Origin: a virus
Lineage: Duplodnaviria > Caudoviricetes
Direction: 5' to 3' (one strand)
IMG/VR virus record: IMGVR_UViG_3300006903_000014
Span: 1-55,018 of that record
Length of the DNA stretch: 55,018 nucleotides
In this document: positions 33,710 to 41,926 of the stretch, one piece after another
Numbering within the stretch: the first letter of the stretch is position 1
How the letters are laid out: the number at the start of each line of letters is the position of its first letter
Notes under the pieces: generated by a model
Told to the model about the DNA's origin: nothing
Seen by the model: the letters and a program-made list of their open reading frames with translations, nothing else
Databases searched by the model: none
Program-made: the position numbers and the translations under genes

Positions 33710-34584
33710 TCGCAGACCGGGAGGGATCCGCCCAGCCCGCCCCCGCAGCCGAGGATGGCCTCCAGCGCCGTCTCGTAGCGCGCCCCCAGCAGGTCCTGCG
33801 AGGCGTGGTCGAAGTGCAGGTTGTCGCCCTTGTCCGTGAGCCCCAGCGAGTCGACGAAGGCGCGCGAGAAGTCCTTCGTCATCGCCTGGCGCGTCTGGTT
33901 CACCACGGCGGCCCTGGCGGGGTACGCCGTCGGGTCCAGGAAGCGCCCCAGCTCGCCAGCGATGAACGGCAGGCCCGCCGCCGGCAGATGCGGGGACCTC
34001 GAGAGCTGGCTGGGGCCTTCGGCCAATGGCAGTACCTCCTGGCGCATCTGGAGTACGACCGCCTCCAGCGCCGCCTGGTATCCCTGCGCGGCCGCCGTGC
34101 TCTTCGCGTTGGACTCGCCCTGGTGCCAGAGCACCGCCATGATCTCGACTCCAAGCGCCTGCGCCTCGTGGATCATCACGCGGCAGACGTCGTATGCGTC
34201 CCGGTTCGCCTTCCAGTCCGAGACGAGGGACCCGGACACGGCGCACTGCACGATCCACAGTTCCGGCGTCAGGGGGTGGGCGGCGAGGTACGCCTCCGCG
34301 AACGCGCGGCCGAACCCGTAGCCGGCGCCTCCGATCGGCTCGGCGGAGTCTCGCGGGCGGCCGTCGCGGCGGATCGCCTGGACCGCGGCCAGGGGAGTGG
34401 TATCGCCGGCCTCGAGCGCCGCCTGCCCCAGGGCGTTGCTCTGCCCCATGATCACGACGGCGCGCGCGCCAGGCAGCGGGACCGGCCCGGCGGCGGCCGC
34501 GGCCGCCCCGGAGAGGACCGCCAGGAGAGACAGAGCGAGCGGGGCCGCTCCGGCCCCGCGGGTCTTGTGCTGTTGTCCGTTCAT
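33706..34584 (-). CDS. Secreted SGNH hydrolase, sialate O-acetylesterase (SASA/CE6-like)
   Basis: AAGGAAGGA RBS; signal peptide; GQSN, WHQGESN and DNLHF (DxxH) catalytic blocks. Confidence 0.88.
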   Translation of the reverse strand: MNGQQHKTRGAGAAPLALSLLAVLSGAAAAAAGPVPLPGARAVVIMGQSNALGQAALEAGDTTPLAAVQAIRRDGRPRDSAEPIGGAGYGFGRAFAEAYLAAHPLTPELWIVQCAVSGSLVSDWKANRDAYDVCRVMIHEAQALGVEIMAVLWHQGESNAKSTAAAQGYQAALEAVVLQMRQEVLPLAEGPSQLSRSPHLPAAGLPFIAGELGRFLDPTAYPARAAVVNQTRQAMTKDFSRAFVDSLGLTDKGDNLHFDHASQDLLGARYETALEAILGCGGGLGGSLPVCE

Positions 34585-34646
34585 CGTATGTCCTTCCTTT
34601 CCTGCCGCGATCGGAGGGGCCCGCGGCGTTGCCCCGTTGGTTGAGC

Positions 34647-34889
34647 CTAGTCCTCGTCGCGGCGTCCGCCGCGCTCGACGATCTCGGCCTGCAGTTCCGC
34701 GATGCGCGCCAGGCGCTCGTGGGTCGGCCCGTAGTCGGAGACCTCGTTCTCGAGCCCGCCCAGCTCGAAGCACTGCGTGCAGAGGCGGAGATGGACGCTG
34801 TCGCCGTGGCCGTCGTCCCGGGTCTTGCGGCCGCAGGCGCCGCAGGCGTAGCAGCCGGAACCGTGGGAGAACGTCGTGGTGCGCCTCAT
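34647..34889 (-). CDS. Conserved small Zn-finger phage protein
   Basis: F..GSG.Y.C..CGR.TR....D.....LC..CFEL.G.EN..SD. Confidence 0.7.
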   Translation of the reverse strand: MRRTTTFSHGSGCYACGACGRKTRDDGHGDSVHLRLCTQCFELGGLENEVSDYGPTHERLARIAELQAEIVERGGRRDED

Positions 34890-35251
34890 CGACCGGCCCC
34901 AGGCTCGGCCGGGCAGCCCTCGTCGTGCCCGCCGTAGGCGCCGCACGCGATGCACGGACCGGGCTCGGCGCCCTCGCACGCCGAGGAGCAGGCGCCGCTG
35001 TTGACGCCGCTCACCAGGGGCCCGCCGCATGCTGAGCAGCTCGGCTGAGTGGGCGCCTCGACGTCCAGGGCCGTCAGGACGGCGTCGTGAATCACGGCGC
35101 CGGTCGGGCACAGGCCGTCAGGATCTCGCGACTCGAGGCAGCGCCGGCAGCTCTCGAGGTGGCGGCCGTACTCTAGCTCGGCGTGGCGGGACGGGGGCGC
35201 GCATCGGCACGCGTAGGTCAGGCGGCCGCAGTCGGGGCAGGTCGCGCTCAC
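34886..35251 (-). CDS. Cys-rich hypothetical protein
   Basis: GTGA overlap; multiple CxxC. Confidence 0.5.
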   Translation of the reverse strand: MSATCPDCGRLTYACRCAPPSRHAELEYGRHLESCRRCLESRDPDGLCPTGAVIHDAVLTALDVEAPTQPSCSACGGPLVSGVNSGACSSACEGAEPGPCIACGAYGGHDEGCPAEPGAGR

Positions 35252-35523
35252 TTGCGCGCCCCGCGCGCCTTGCGCACCTTCGTGACCTGGACCTTCGAGA
35301 CCTGGTCGAAGCGGGCGAACCAGGTCTGACCGCCGGCCGCGGGTCGCAGGACATAGCCCAGGTGATGGAGCGCGACGACGACCGCCGGCACCGTGACGAC
35401 GACCTGGCCCACGACGGCCTCTCCGACCTCGAAGCGCCTGACGTTCCGGTAGCGCTCGATCACCTCGTGGTCCTGGTCGGCCTGCCATGCGAGGGAGCCC
35501 CTCATCGGCCGGGGCTCTCTCAC
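35248..35523 (-). CDS. Hypothetical protein
   Basis: GTGA overlap. Confidence 0.55.
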   Translation of the reverse strand: MREPRPMRGSLAWQADQDHEVIERYRNVRRFEVGEAVVGQVVVTVPAVVVALHHLGYVLRPAAGGQTWFARFDQVSKVQVTKVRKARGARK

Positions 35524-35624
35524 TTGCCACCCCGCGCCGCCGCGAACTGCGCCACCGTCATGCTGGCGTAGGTCATGTGGCCCGCCTTCGCGTCCCGCCT
35601 GGCCGCCCGCGCTCCGTTCTTCAT
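35520..35624 (-). CDS. 34-aa first early peptide
   Basis: AAGGAG-N6-ATG; MKNGARAARRDAKAGHMTYASMTVAQFAAARGGK*; stop overlaps the next GTG. Confidence 0.55.
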   Translation of the reverse strand: MKNGARAARRDAKAGHMTYASMTVAQFAAARGGK

Positions 35625-35632
35625 AACCATCT

Positions 35633-35678
35633 CCTTATCTCCAGTATATTATACGAAAGATAAGGGGCCGGCTGTCCA
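35633..35678 (-). promoter_or_regulatory. Early promoter overlapped by a 33-bp imperfect palindrome (operator)
   Basis: TGGACA-N19-TATAAT; CCTTATCT-CCA-GTATA-T-TATAC-GAA-AGATAAGG at 35633-35665. Confidence 0.65.
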
Positions 35679-35736
35679 GCTTTTTCTTGAGATTTTTCTG
35701 CGCTGCTAGTGGATGGGCTCGGCTCGGGTTAGCAGC

Positions 35737-36264
35737 TTAGCGGTTGGCGGCGGCGGCGAGGGTGGGCGGGGGCGGTGACGCAGGGGCCGGCCTGGCGTCC
35801 GTGGCGGGACGGATCCCCATGTGGTCCATCATCAGGTCCAGCTTGCGCTCGAGGCGCCCGAGGCGCTCCTCGACGCGGTCCCGATAGCGCAGGTCCGCCT
35901 CCTGCGTGCGGCGCCATTCGGCGACGTTCGCGTCCGAGCTGGCGACGTGGCCCGCGAGGCGCTCCTGGAGCTCATCGACGCGGCGCCGCTGGTCGCGCAT
36001 GTCCTCCGCGGACGTCGCCGTCTGAAACGTCGGGGCGGCGGCGGCGTGGCCCGAGGCCGCGTCCATCGCGCGACCGGCGAGCCCGGAGGCGACCGCGACC
36101 ACCAGGGAGGCCAGGATCCCCATGAGCCACCACACCACCTTGCCGGTTCCGGCGTCCTCGTGCGGAGGATTCTCCTCGGCCCATCGCTTGCGTTCGTCGG
36201 GAGTCGATCGGCGTCGGTCGCGACCGACGTATCGCATAGTGGTAACCAGGGAACCGATTTTCAT
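35737..36264 (-). CDS. Single-TM coiled-coil protein (holin/XhlA-like)
   Basis: ATGA overlap at 36261-64; WWLMGILASLVVAVA; RLERKLD. Confidence 0.6.
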   Translation of the reverse strand: MKIGSLVTTMRYVGRDRRRSTPDERKRWAEENPPHEDAGTGKVVWWLMGILASLVVAVASGLAGRAMDAASGHAAAAPTFQTATSAEDMRDQRRRVDELQERLAGHVASSDANVAEWRRTQEADLRYRDRVEERLGRLERKLDLMMDHMGIRPATDARPAPASPPPPTLAAAANR

Positions 36265-36950
36265 GCTACACCACCCGCGGCCGGCGTCAAGGGGGCCGCG
36301 AAGAAATAGCGCCGCCGCCGGTCCTCGCGCAGCGCGCGCCAGAGCTGGGCGTACTCGTCGGGCCGGATGACCCGCCGCCAGCGCCGATCGGCGCGGTAGA
36401 GCGCCGCCACGAGGCGCGGCAGCTCGAGCAGCCCCACCGCGACCAGCGGTCCGATCAGGGACGAGCACAGGTAGGCGAACCCGCCCGCGTCGATGTTGTA
36501 GTCCACGACCGCGTAGATCTGCGTGGCCCGGACGTTGCCCGTGCCCGTGCCGCCGACCACGACGCCGGACTCCAGCGTCGCGATGTCGGCCGGGGACCAG
36601 GCGCCGCCGCCAGGGCGCCCCGGGCTCTGCGAATAGTCGACGTACGAGCCCGTGGTCGCGAAGGCCGAGCTGTCGCTGTTCGTCGCGCTCAGGCGGAGCC
36701 GGATGATGAGCGTGCGGCCCCCGCCCTCGTTGCGCCCCAGCGCGTGGCCCGCGACCTCCCCGTTGATCGACGTCGCGGCCGAGTCGAGGGGGTCGAGCGT
36801 GAACGTCTGGCCGTTCCCGACCGTGCCGTTGACGATGTACGACGTGTCGCCGTCGTTGGTCTGGCACGCCGCCGGCTTCCCGCTGCCGGCGCCCAGCGTC
36901 CACGCGTTCGATCCGCCGTTGGCGACCGGGAACAGGCTGACGACCGGCAC
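36261..36950 (-). CDS. Tail-associated virion protein
   Basis: G/S/T-rich beta-type sequence downstream of the tail genes. Confidence 0.6.
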   Translation of the reverse strand: MPVVSLFPVANGGSNAWTLGAGSGKPAACQTNDGDTSYIVNGTVGNGQTFTLDPLDSAATSINGEVAGHALGRNEGGGRTLIIRLRLSATNSDSSAFATTGSYVDYSQSPGRPGGGAWSPADIATLESGVVVGGTGTGNVRATQIYAVVDYNIDAGGFAYLCSSLIGPLVAVGLLELPRLVAALYRADRRWRRVIRPDEYAQLWRALREDRRRRYFFAAPLTPAAGGVA

Positions 36951-36951
36951 C

Positions 36952-37980
36952 CTAGCTCTCCTCGGAGGCGCCCAGCATGATCTCGTGGGGCCGCGCGAAT
37001 TGGAGCGTCCGAATGGAGACGGACAGGTCAGCGCCGGCCGTCCCGGTGCCCACCTGGTCGATGTCGAAGTCCAGGACCGCGTCCGTCGGGGTGGCGCCGT
37101 GGATGCCCTTGAAGCACCGATAGCGGTAGGTCCCGTCCGGCGTCTGCGCGCCGTAGTTGGCCGCGGCCGCGATCTGCGGCTTGGTGGTGAACGCGGTCGT
37201 CCAGGCCGAGCCGTCCCAGTGGTTCACGTCGACGATGATGGCCTGCGTCGCCGGGGCCGTCTTCGCGCGGAGCTGGACCTCGGTGATGATGAACGGCCGG
37301 TCCGGCTCGAAGCGGTCGACGTCCGTCCCGGTGCTGAGCGTGCCGCCCTTCGAGAGGCGGATGGTTCCCTTGAGCACCGGGGGCGGGATGAAGCGCGAGG
37401 GCGGCGAGTCGGCGAACAGGAACATCCCGCCGCTGACATAGTAGACGGCGCTGATCGCGCCCTCGACCCCGGCGACGATCTTGGTGGCGGCCGCGGCGTC
37501 GAGGGTCTTGGTGTGGAAGATGAGCTGCCAGGTCCCATCACCCGTGTGCGCGGTGCCGTAGGTCTTGCTGTTCCCGTCGTCGATGAAGACGCGCACGGCC
37601 GGCGAGGCGTTCGAGGTCTTGACGTAGAACGCGGCATTGCAGATGACGCCTTTGAAGTAGTCGTCGAAGCTGGTCGTGCTGAAGACGTTCTGAAAGACGT
37701 TCGAGACGGCGCCGCCGCCCGACGTCAGCTTGATGCAGAACTTGCCGACCTTCCTGTTGGTGTCCCCGAGGCCGGTCCCCGCCCGCGTGATCGCCCGTCC
37801 CGCGCCCGCGGTCTGCCAGTGGGCCGGGTCCGACGTGTCCCCCGCGGGCCAGATGAGGAAGGTGGGGTCCGCGAGCAGGTTCCCCCAGATGCTCGCCTGC
37901 AGCGCCAGGAAATTGGTGCGCTCCTGCGCGCTGACCGGGGGCGTCCCGAAGGCTGGCAGCGTGTAGTCGGGCGCCGGCAT
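36952..37980 (-). CDS. Tail fibre/receptor-binding protein with a CBM-like domain
   Basis: NLLAD..F..W, HTGDGTWQ galactose-binding-like domain; C-terminal DIDQVG...AGADL.V domain. Confidence 0.65.
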   Translation of the reverse strand: MPAPDYTLPAFGTPPVSAQERTNFLALQASIWGNLLADPTFLIWPAGDTSDPAHWQTAGAGRAITRAGTGLGDTNRKVGKFCIKLTSGGGAVSNVFQNVFSTTSFDDYFKGVICNAAFYVKTSNASPAVRVFIDDGNSKTYGTAHTGDGTWQLIFHTKTLDAAAATKIVAGVEGAISAVYYVSGGMFLFADSPPSRFIPPPVLKGTIRLSKGGTLSTGTDVDRFEPDRPFIITEVQLRAKTAPATQAIIVDVNHWDGSAWTTAFTTKPQIAAAANYGAQTPDGTYRYRCFKGIHGATPTDAVLDFDIDQVGTGTAGADLSVSIRTLQFARPHEIMLGASEES

Positions 37981-37982
37981 TT

Positions 37983-40799
37983 TTAGGTCCTCATGTCGAG
38001 GTCGGGCAGCAGCTCGACGGTCGACTCCCCCGCCTGGAAATTCTGCGAGATGGACTTGATTCTCTTGACCGCCGAGGCGAGCGCCCCGGTGGTGGCGAGC
38101 GCGCGAGCACGCGTCAGGATCACCTTGTCACCCACCTTGCTGTTGATGAGTTTGCCCCGGACGCGGATGGGAAGCAAGGCCGGCGGATTCGCCGAGAGCG
38201 ATAGGAACAGGTTGGCGACCCGCTGCGCGTCCTCGCCACTCGTGAGCAGCGTCGGGATGGTCTTGGTCCCGCGGCGGTTGAAGCGCAGCGGAACCGTCGT
38301 GCTCGTCGCCTGGCGCGAGAACGGCTTGCCCGTGGACGGGTCCGTCGCGAAGGTGACGAGCACCGCGGCGAACACGTCGTTGATGGTCTGGCGCGCCGCA
38401 TACGCCTGGAAGTCCTCGTCCCTCAGGTCGACCGCGCCGGCCGAGCCGGCCTGATAGATGTTGTAGAAGATCACCCCGGTACCGTCCACCAGGATGTCGG
38501 CGAGGTTCGAGTACTCGAGCAGACTGAATAGGTCCTCGGTGGAGACGCTCGCCGCCAGGTAGAGCGCGAGCGCCTGCGGCGCCGTGGTCCGCGCCGAGAC
38601 GAAGGACGCTGAATCGAGCAGCGCCGCCGGGTAGCGCATGAGCTGGCCCAGGATGAAGCGGCAGACGTCGGCCCCCTTCGTGATCAACGCCGAGGCGCTC
38701 CCCGTGTAGCTGCCCGCCGCGTCGTCCTTGTAGCCCTGCACGTCGACCCGGAGGTGATGCTGCGCGTCTGGGTCGCTGAACACGGGCGTGTCCGAGAAAA
38801 ACGGACCGGCGCCCGTGAGATCCGCGCTCGAGGCGAAGCCCAGTGTCTTGTAGATGCCTCGCTCCTTGTTGACCCCCGTCCCGCACAGCAGCTTCTTGGT
38901 GGTGCCGCTGTCGATGAAGACCCGGAACGTGTGCCGCTGCGTCGCGCCATTGTCGAAGCTGTCCTCATAGAAGCACTGGAGCGATGGATGCCCGACTGGC
39001 TTTTGCGCCGCCGTCCGGATGTGGCCCGCCAGGCCGACCGCCGTATAGACGCCCGGCGTGAGGTCGGTCTCGATCACGCCATCATCCGACTGCCAATCCA
39101 GGCGGTCATTGACACCCAACTGGATGATGAACGGGCCCGGATTCTTATTGATGGTGAAGCGCCCCGTGGCGGCGAAGTTGTCAGTGTAGCCGAGGCCGGC
39201 TCCGACGGCGACCGCGATCCTGCGGGCCGGATCCTTGATGGTCGCCGCCGCCTCGTCCGCATAGGCATAGACCGCGTCGAGGCTCTTGAAGCCATTGATG
39301 CCGACGCTCGCGTCGCCCACCTCGTAGGTGCCGTATAGCGTCAGCTCGTCCTTGTCGATCCGGACGACGGGGACGCCGGTCAGGACGCCGAGCAGCAACG
39401 CCCTCGGCGTCGACGCCTTGCTGGGGTCGAGCCCCGGGAAGGAGAACTGATCATAGCTGTTCGGTGGGGCCGTGCGATGGAGAAAGGCCCGAGCGTCCTG
39501 CACGTCGAGCTGGACCGCGAGGTCGTCCGCCGAGACGTTCTGCACGATCCCCGTGAACTGGCGCCGGTAGTCGTCCGCGAGCAGCTCCTCGCCGTCGATG
39601 AACGTCCCCCCGAACGACACGCGCACCTCGGAGCCGATCCAGTCCAGGTCCGCGAGCGGCCTGTAGAACAGCCCGTCGACGTTCTGCAGGCCGAGACTCC
39701 CCGAGCCGAGCTGCTTCCCGCCGAAGAACGCATCGTGGGAGCCTACCGACGCCGCCGGCACAGACCCGGCCGCCAGTCGGTCGTCGTACAGCTCGAAGGA
39801 CCAAACCGGCAGGAACGCCGCGTTGTCGAAGTAGACGTCGCCCGTCTTCCCGACGCCCGACGTATTGCGCATGCGCAGGTGAACCTCAAAGGCCGAGGAG
39901 TCGCTCCAGGCCCGGAAGTCCACGACGACGCGCCTCCACTCGCCCGCTGTTTGCGGCAGGTCGATGCCGTTGGTCCCGCTCTCGAAGTCGCGCCCGTTGC
40001 TCTGCAGGTACTGGCTCGAGCCGGAGATGCCCAGCAGCAGGTTCGGCACCAGCGCGACGTCGGCGCCGACCGGGGTCATATAGAGCGCCGACATCCGATA
40101 GGTCCGGCCCGAGCGCACGACGACGTTTTGCTTCTCCTCGGCCGGGATCGAGACGGACGAAGCGGTCGCCTTCAGGTCGAGCGAATAGGTCCCGGAATAG
40201 ATCAGCGCGGCCTCGCGCGCCACGCTGCCGCCGGCTCCCGTCGCCTCCGTCCAGTTGTCCGCGTCGCTCGCGCTCGACCAGCTCTCGAACGTCCCGTTGA
40301 GCAGCTTTGTGTCCCCGAGCGTCGGATGCGTCGCCGCCCGCCCGGAGAAGAAAAACCCGAAGGACGCCACCACGGTCACCGCGTTCGGATCAGCCCCGGC
40401 GGCGAGATGGACGTAGAGCTGCGGGTAGGCGTCCCAGACGTCACCCGTCGAGTTGTCCCACCACACGATCCCGTCGTCCCAGCGCCGACCGGAGTCGATG
40501 GTGGTGCGGTCGTAGTAGTAGGTGCCCGCCGTGGCCGCGCAGTCCGCCAGGGACTCGGCCCGCGTTAGCCCGGTGTCGAGGTCCGAGCGCACCGCCACGA
40601 CGTCGAGCGTGAACCCCTCGTAGCCCAGGAGCAGCGGCGAGGCGTACGTCCCCGTCTGGTAGAGCGACCAGCTCGTGACGACCCGCCGGGGCCGCACCTC
40701 GACCAGGACGTGCTTCTCGCTCGCCGTCTGGATCACCAGCTCGGCGAATGGCCGCAGGTTGCTCCGCACGCCGAGGACGCCGTGCCCGACGTCGCTCAC
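37983..40799 (-). CDS. Baseplate hub/tail-tip protein with an inserted carbohydrate-binding-like domain
   Basis: 938 aa after the Dit position; LLNGTFESW...VYFDNA CBM4/9-like insert; hub-like C-terminus VGDKV.L. Confidence 0.7.
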   Translation of the reverse strand: MSDVGHGVLGVRSNLRPFAELVIQTASEKHVLVEVRPRRVVTSWSLYQTGTYASPLLLGYEGFTLDVVAVRSDLDTGLTRAESLADCAATAGTYYYDRTTIDSGRRWDDGIVWWDNSTGDVWDAYPQLYVHLAAGADPNAVTVVASFGFFFSGRAATHPTLGDTKLLNGTFESWSSASDADNWTEATGAGGSVAREAALIYSGTYSLDLKATASSVSIPAEEKQNVVVRSGRTYRMSALYMTPVGADVALVPNLLLGISGSSQYLQSNGRDFESGTNGIDLPQTAGEWRRVVVDFRAWSDSSAFEVHLRMRNTSGVGKTGDVYFDNAAFLPVWSFELYDDRLAAGSVPAASVGSHDAFFGGKQLGSGSLGLQNVDGLFYRPLADLDWIGSEVRVSFGGTFIDGEELLADDYRRQFTGIVQNVSADDLAVQLDVQDARAFLHRTAPPNSYDQFSFPGLDPSKASTPRALLLGVLTGVPVVRIDKDELTLYGTYEVGDASVGINGFKSLDAVYAYADEAAATIKDPARRIAVAVGAGLGYTDNFAATGRFTINKNPGPFIIQLGVNDRLDWQSDDGVIETDLTPGVYTAVGLAGHIRTAAQKPVGHPSLQCFYEDSFDNGATQRHTFRVFIDSGTTKKLLCGTGVNKERGIYKTLGFASSADLTGAGPFFSDTPVFSDPDAQHHLRVDVQGYKDDAAGSYTGSASALITKGADVCRFILGQLMRYPAALLDSASFVSARTTAPQALALYLAASVSTEDLFSLLEYSNLADILVDGTGVIFYNIYQAGSAGAVDLRDEDFQAYAARQTINDVFAAVLVTFATDPSTGKPFSRQATSTTVPLRFNRRGTKTIPTLLTSGEDAQRVANLFLSLSANPPALLPIRVRGKLINSKVGDKVILTRARALATTGALASAVKRIKSISQNFQAGESTVELLPDLDMRT

Positions 40800-41920
40800 A
40801 ACGCCTCCAGGACCTGAATAGAGGGCGTGAAGCGGTCGAACGTCGCACCGTCGCCGGGGCTCTGCTGGTGCGTGATCTCCGCCATGAGGCAGATGTAGCG
40901 CGTGTCCGCCGGGACGTTCTGCGGGTCGAGCGCCATGAAGAACGTACCGCCCACGCCAACGGCGTCCGCCAGCGCCTCCAGCGCGTCCTTGTCCGCCGAG
41001 CTGAGGCGCGGGAAGCTGAGCGTCCAGCCGCGGGCCCGCTGCCGCTTGTCCCGGAACAGCGCCCCGTGGTCCGCGTAGGCGATCGCGCTGTAGTCCTTCC
41101 GGGTGATCTGGTAGCCCTGCGCGTGCGAGCGGCCCGGCTCGAAGTAGGTCCCCAGGAACGCGACCCCCGCGTAGGTGACGCCGGCCACGTTGCTGATGTC
41201 ATCGACGATGATCCGCCGCCACTGCTGGCTCTGGCTCGCGAAGTAGGCGCAGCGCACTATCGCGTCGCCCGCCAGGACCTGCGTGAACGTCGGCGCCGCC
41301 CACGAGTTGGTCGTGGAGCCCTGCAGGGTCACCGTCCCCGTCGTCCCCATGTTGTGGTCCAGCAGCGCCGCGAACGTCGTGGCCAGCGCGGAGCCCTGGT
41401 CGAAGAGCAGGAACTCCCTCGAGTGGTAGACCACGACGTCGGACGTATACGAGGTCGAGCCAGTCTTGTTCGCCGACGTGTCGAACCCTAGGTCCCGCCC
41501 GCAGCTCTGCGCGACGTTGGCCCCGGTGAGCAGCAGCAGCGCTAGCGCGTCCGTCCCGCTCGTGCGCGCCACCGTGATCTTCTTGGTGCCCGTGTCGTAC
41601 GTGACCGTGTACGTGTTCGTGTGCCCGGGGGCCGCGTTCATCGCGGCCTGGACCGCGGCCGCCCAGTCCGCCCCCGTCGCATAGTTGGTGTTCACCGTCG
41701 CGATGGTCGCCACGCGCGCCACGCCGGCCTCGCTGAAGTCCAGCTTGTCGTTGAAGCCGACGTAGACGTTCCATCCTGCCTTCGACCACCAGCGCTTCTG
41801 ACGGCTCGGATCCCTCAGACGCGACGCCGGAAAGTTGGTCTGCTGCGAGCTGGCGGTGATGACTGTCGTCGAAACGATGGCCTTGTTGTCGTACGGGAGC
41901 CGAGGCGTCACGTTCGCCAT
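40796..41920 (-). CDS. Distal tail (Dit-like) protein
   Basis: Immediately after the tape measure gene; FPASRL.DP, LDHN, R.W.LSF. Confidence 0.65.
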   Translation of the reverse strand: MANVTPRLPYDNKAIVSTTVITASSQQTNFPASRLRDPSRQKRWWSKAGWNVYVGFNDKLDFSEAGVARVATIATVNTNYATGADWAAAVQAAMNAAPGHTNTYTVTYDTGTKKITVARTSGTDALALLLLTGANVAQSCGRDLGFDTSANKTGSTSYTSDVVVYHSREFLLFDQGSALATTFAALLDHNMGTTGTVTLQGSTTNSWAAPTFTQVLAGDAIVRCAYFASQSQQWRRIIVDDISNVAGVTYAGVAFLGTYFEPGRSHAQGYQITRKDYSAIAYADHGALFRDKRQRARGWTLSFPRLSSADKDALEALADAVGVGGTFFMALDPQNVPADTRYICLMAEITHQQSPGDGATFDRFTPSIQVLEAL

Positions 41921-41926
41921 CTCTCG

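Noticed and set aside
35640-35665. loxP/dif-like appearance (TTCGTATAAT; GTATATTATA)
   Set aside because: Arm spacing is 1 bp rather than 8 (lox) or 6 (dif), there is no XerC-type arm and no tyrosine recombinase. Better explained as a -10 box plus operator.
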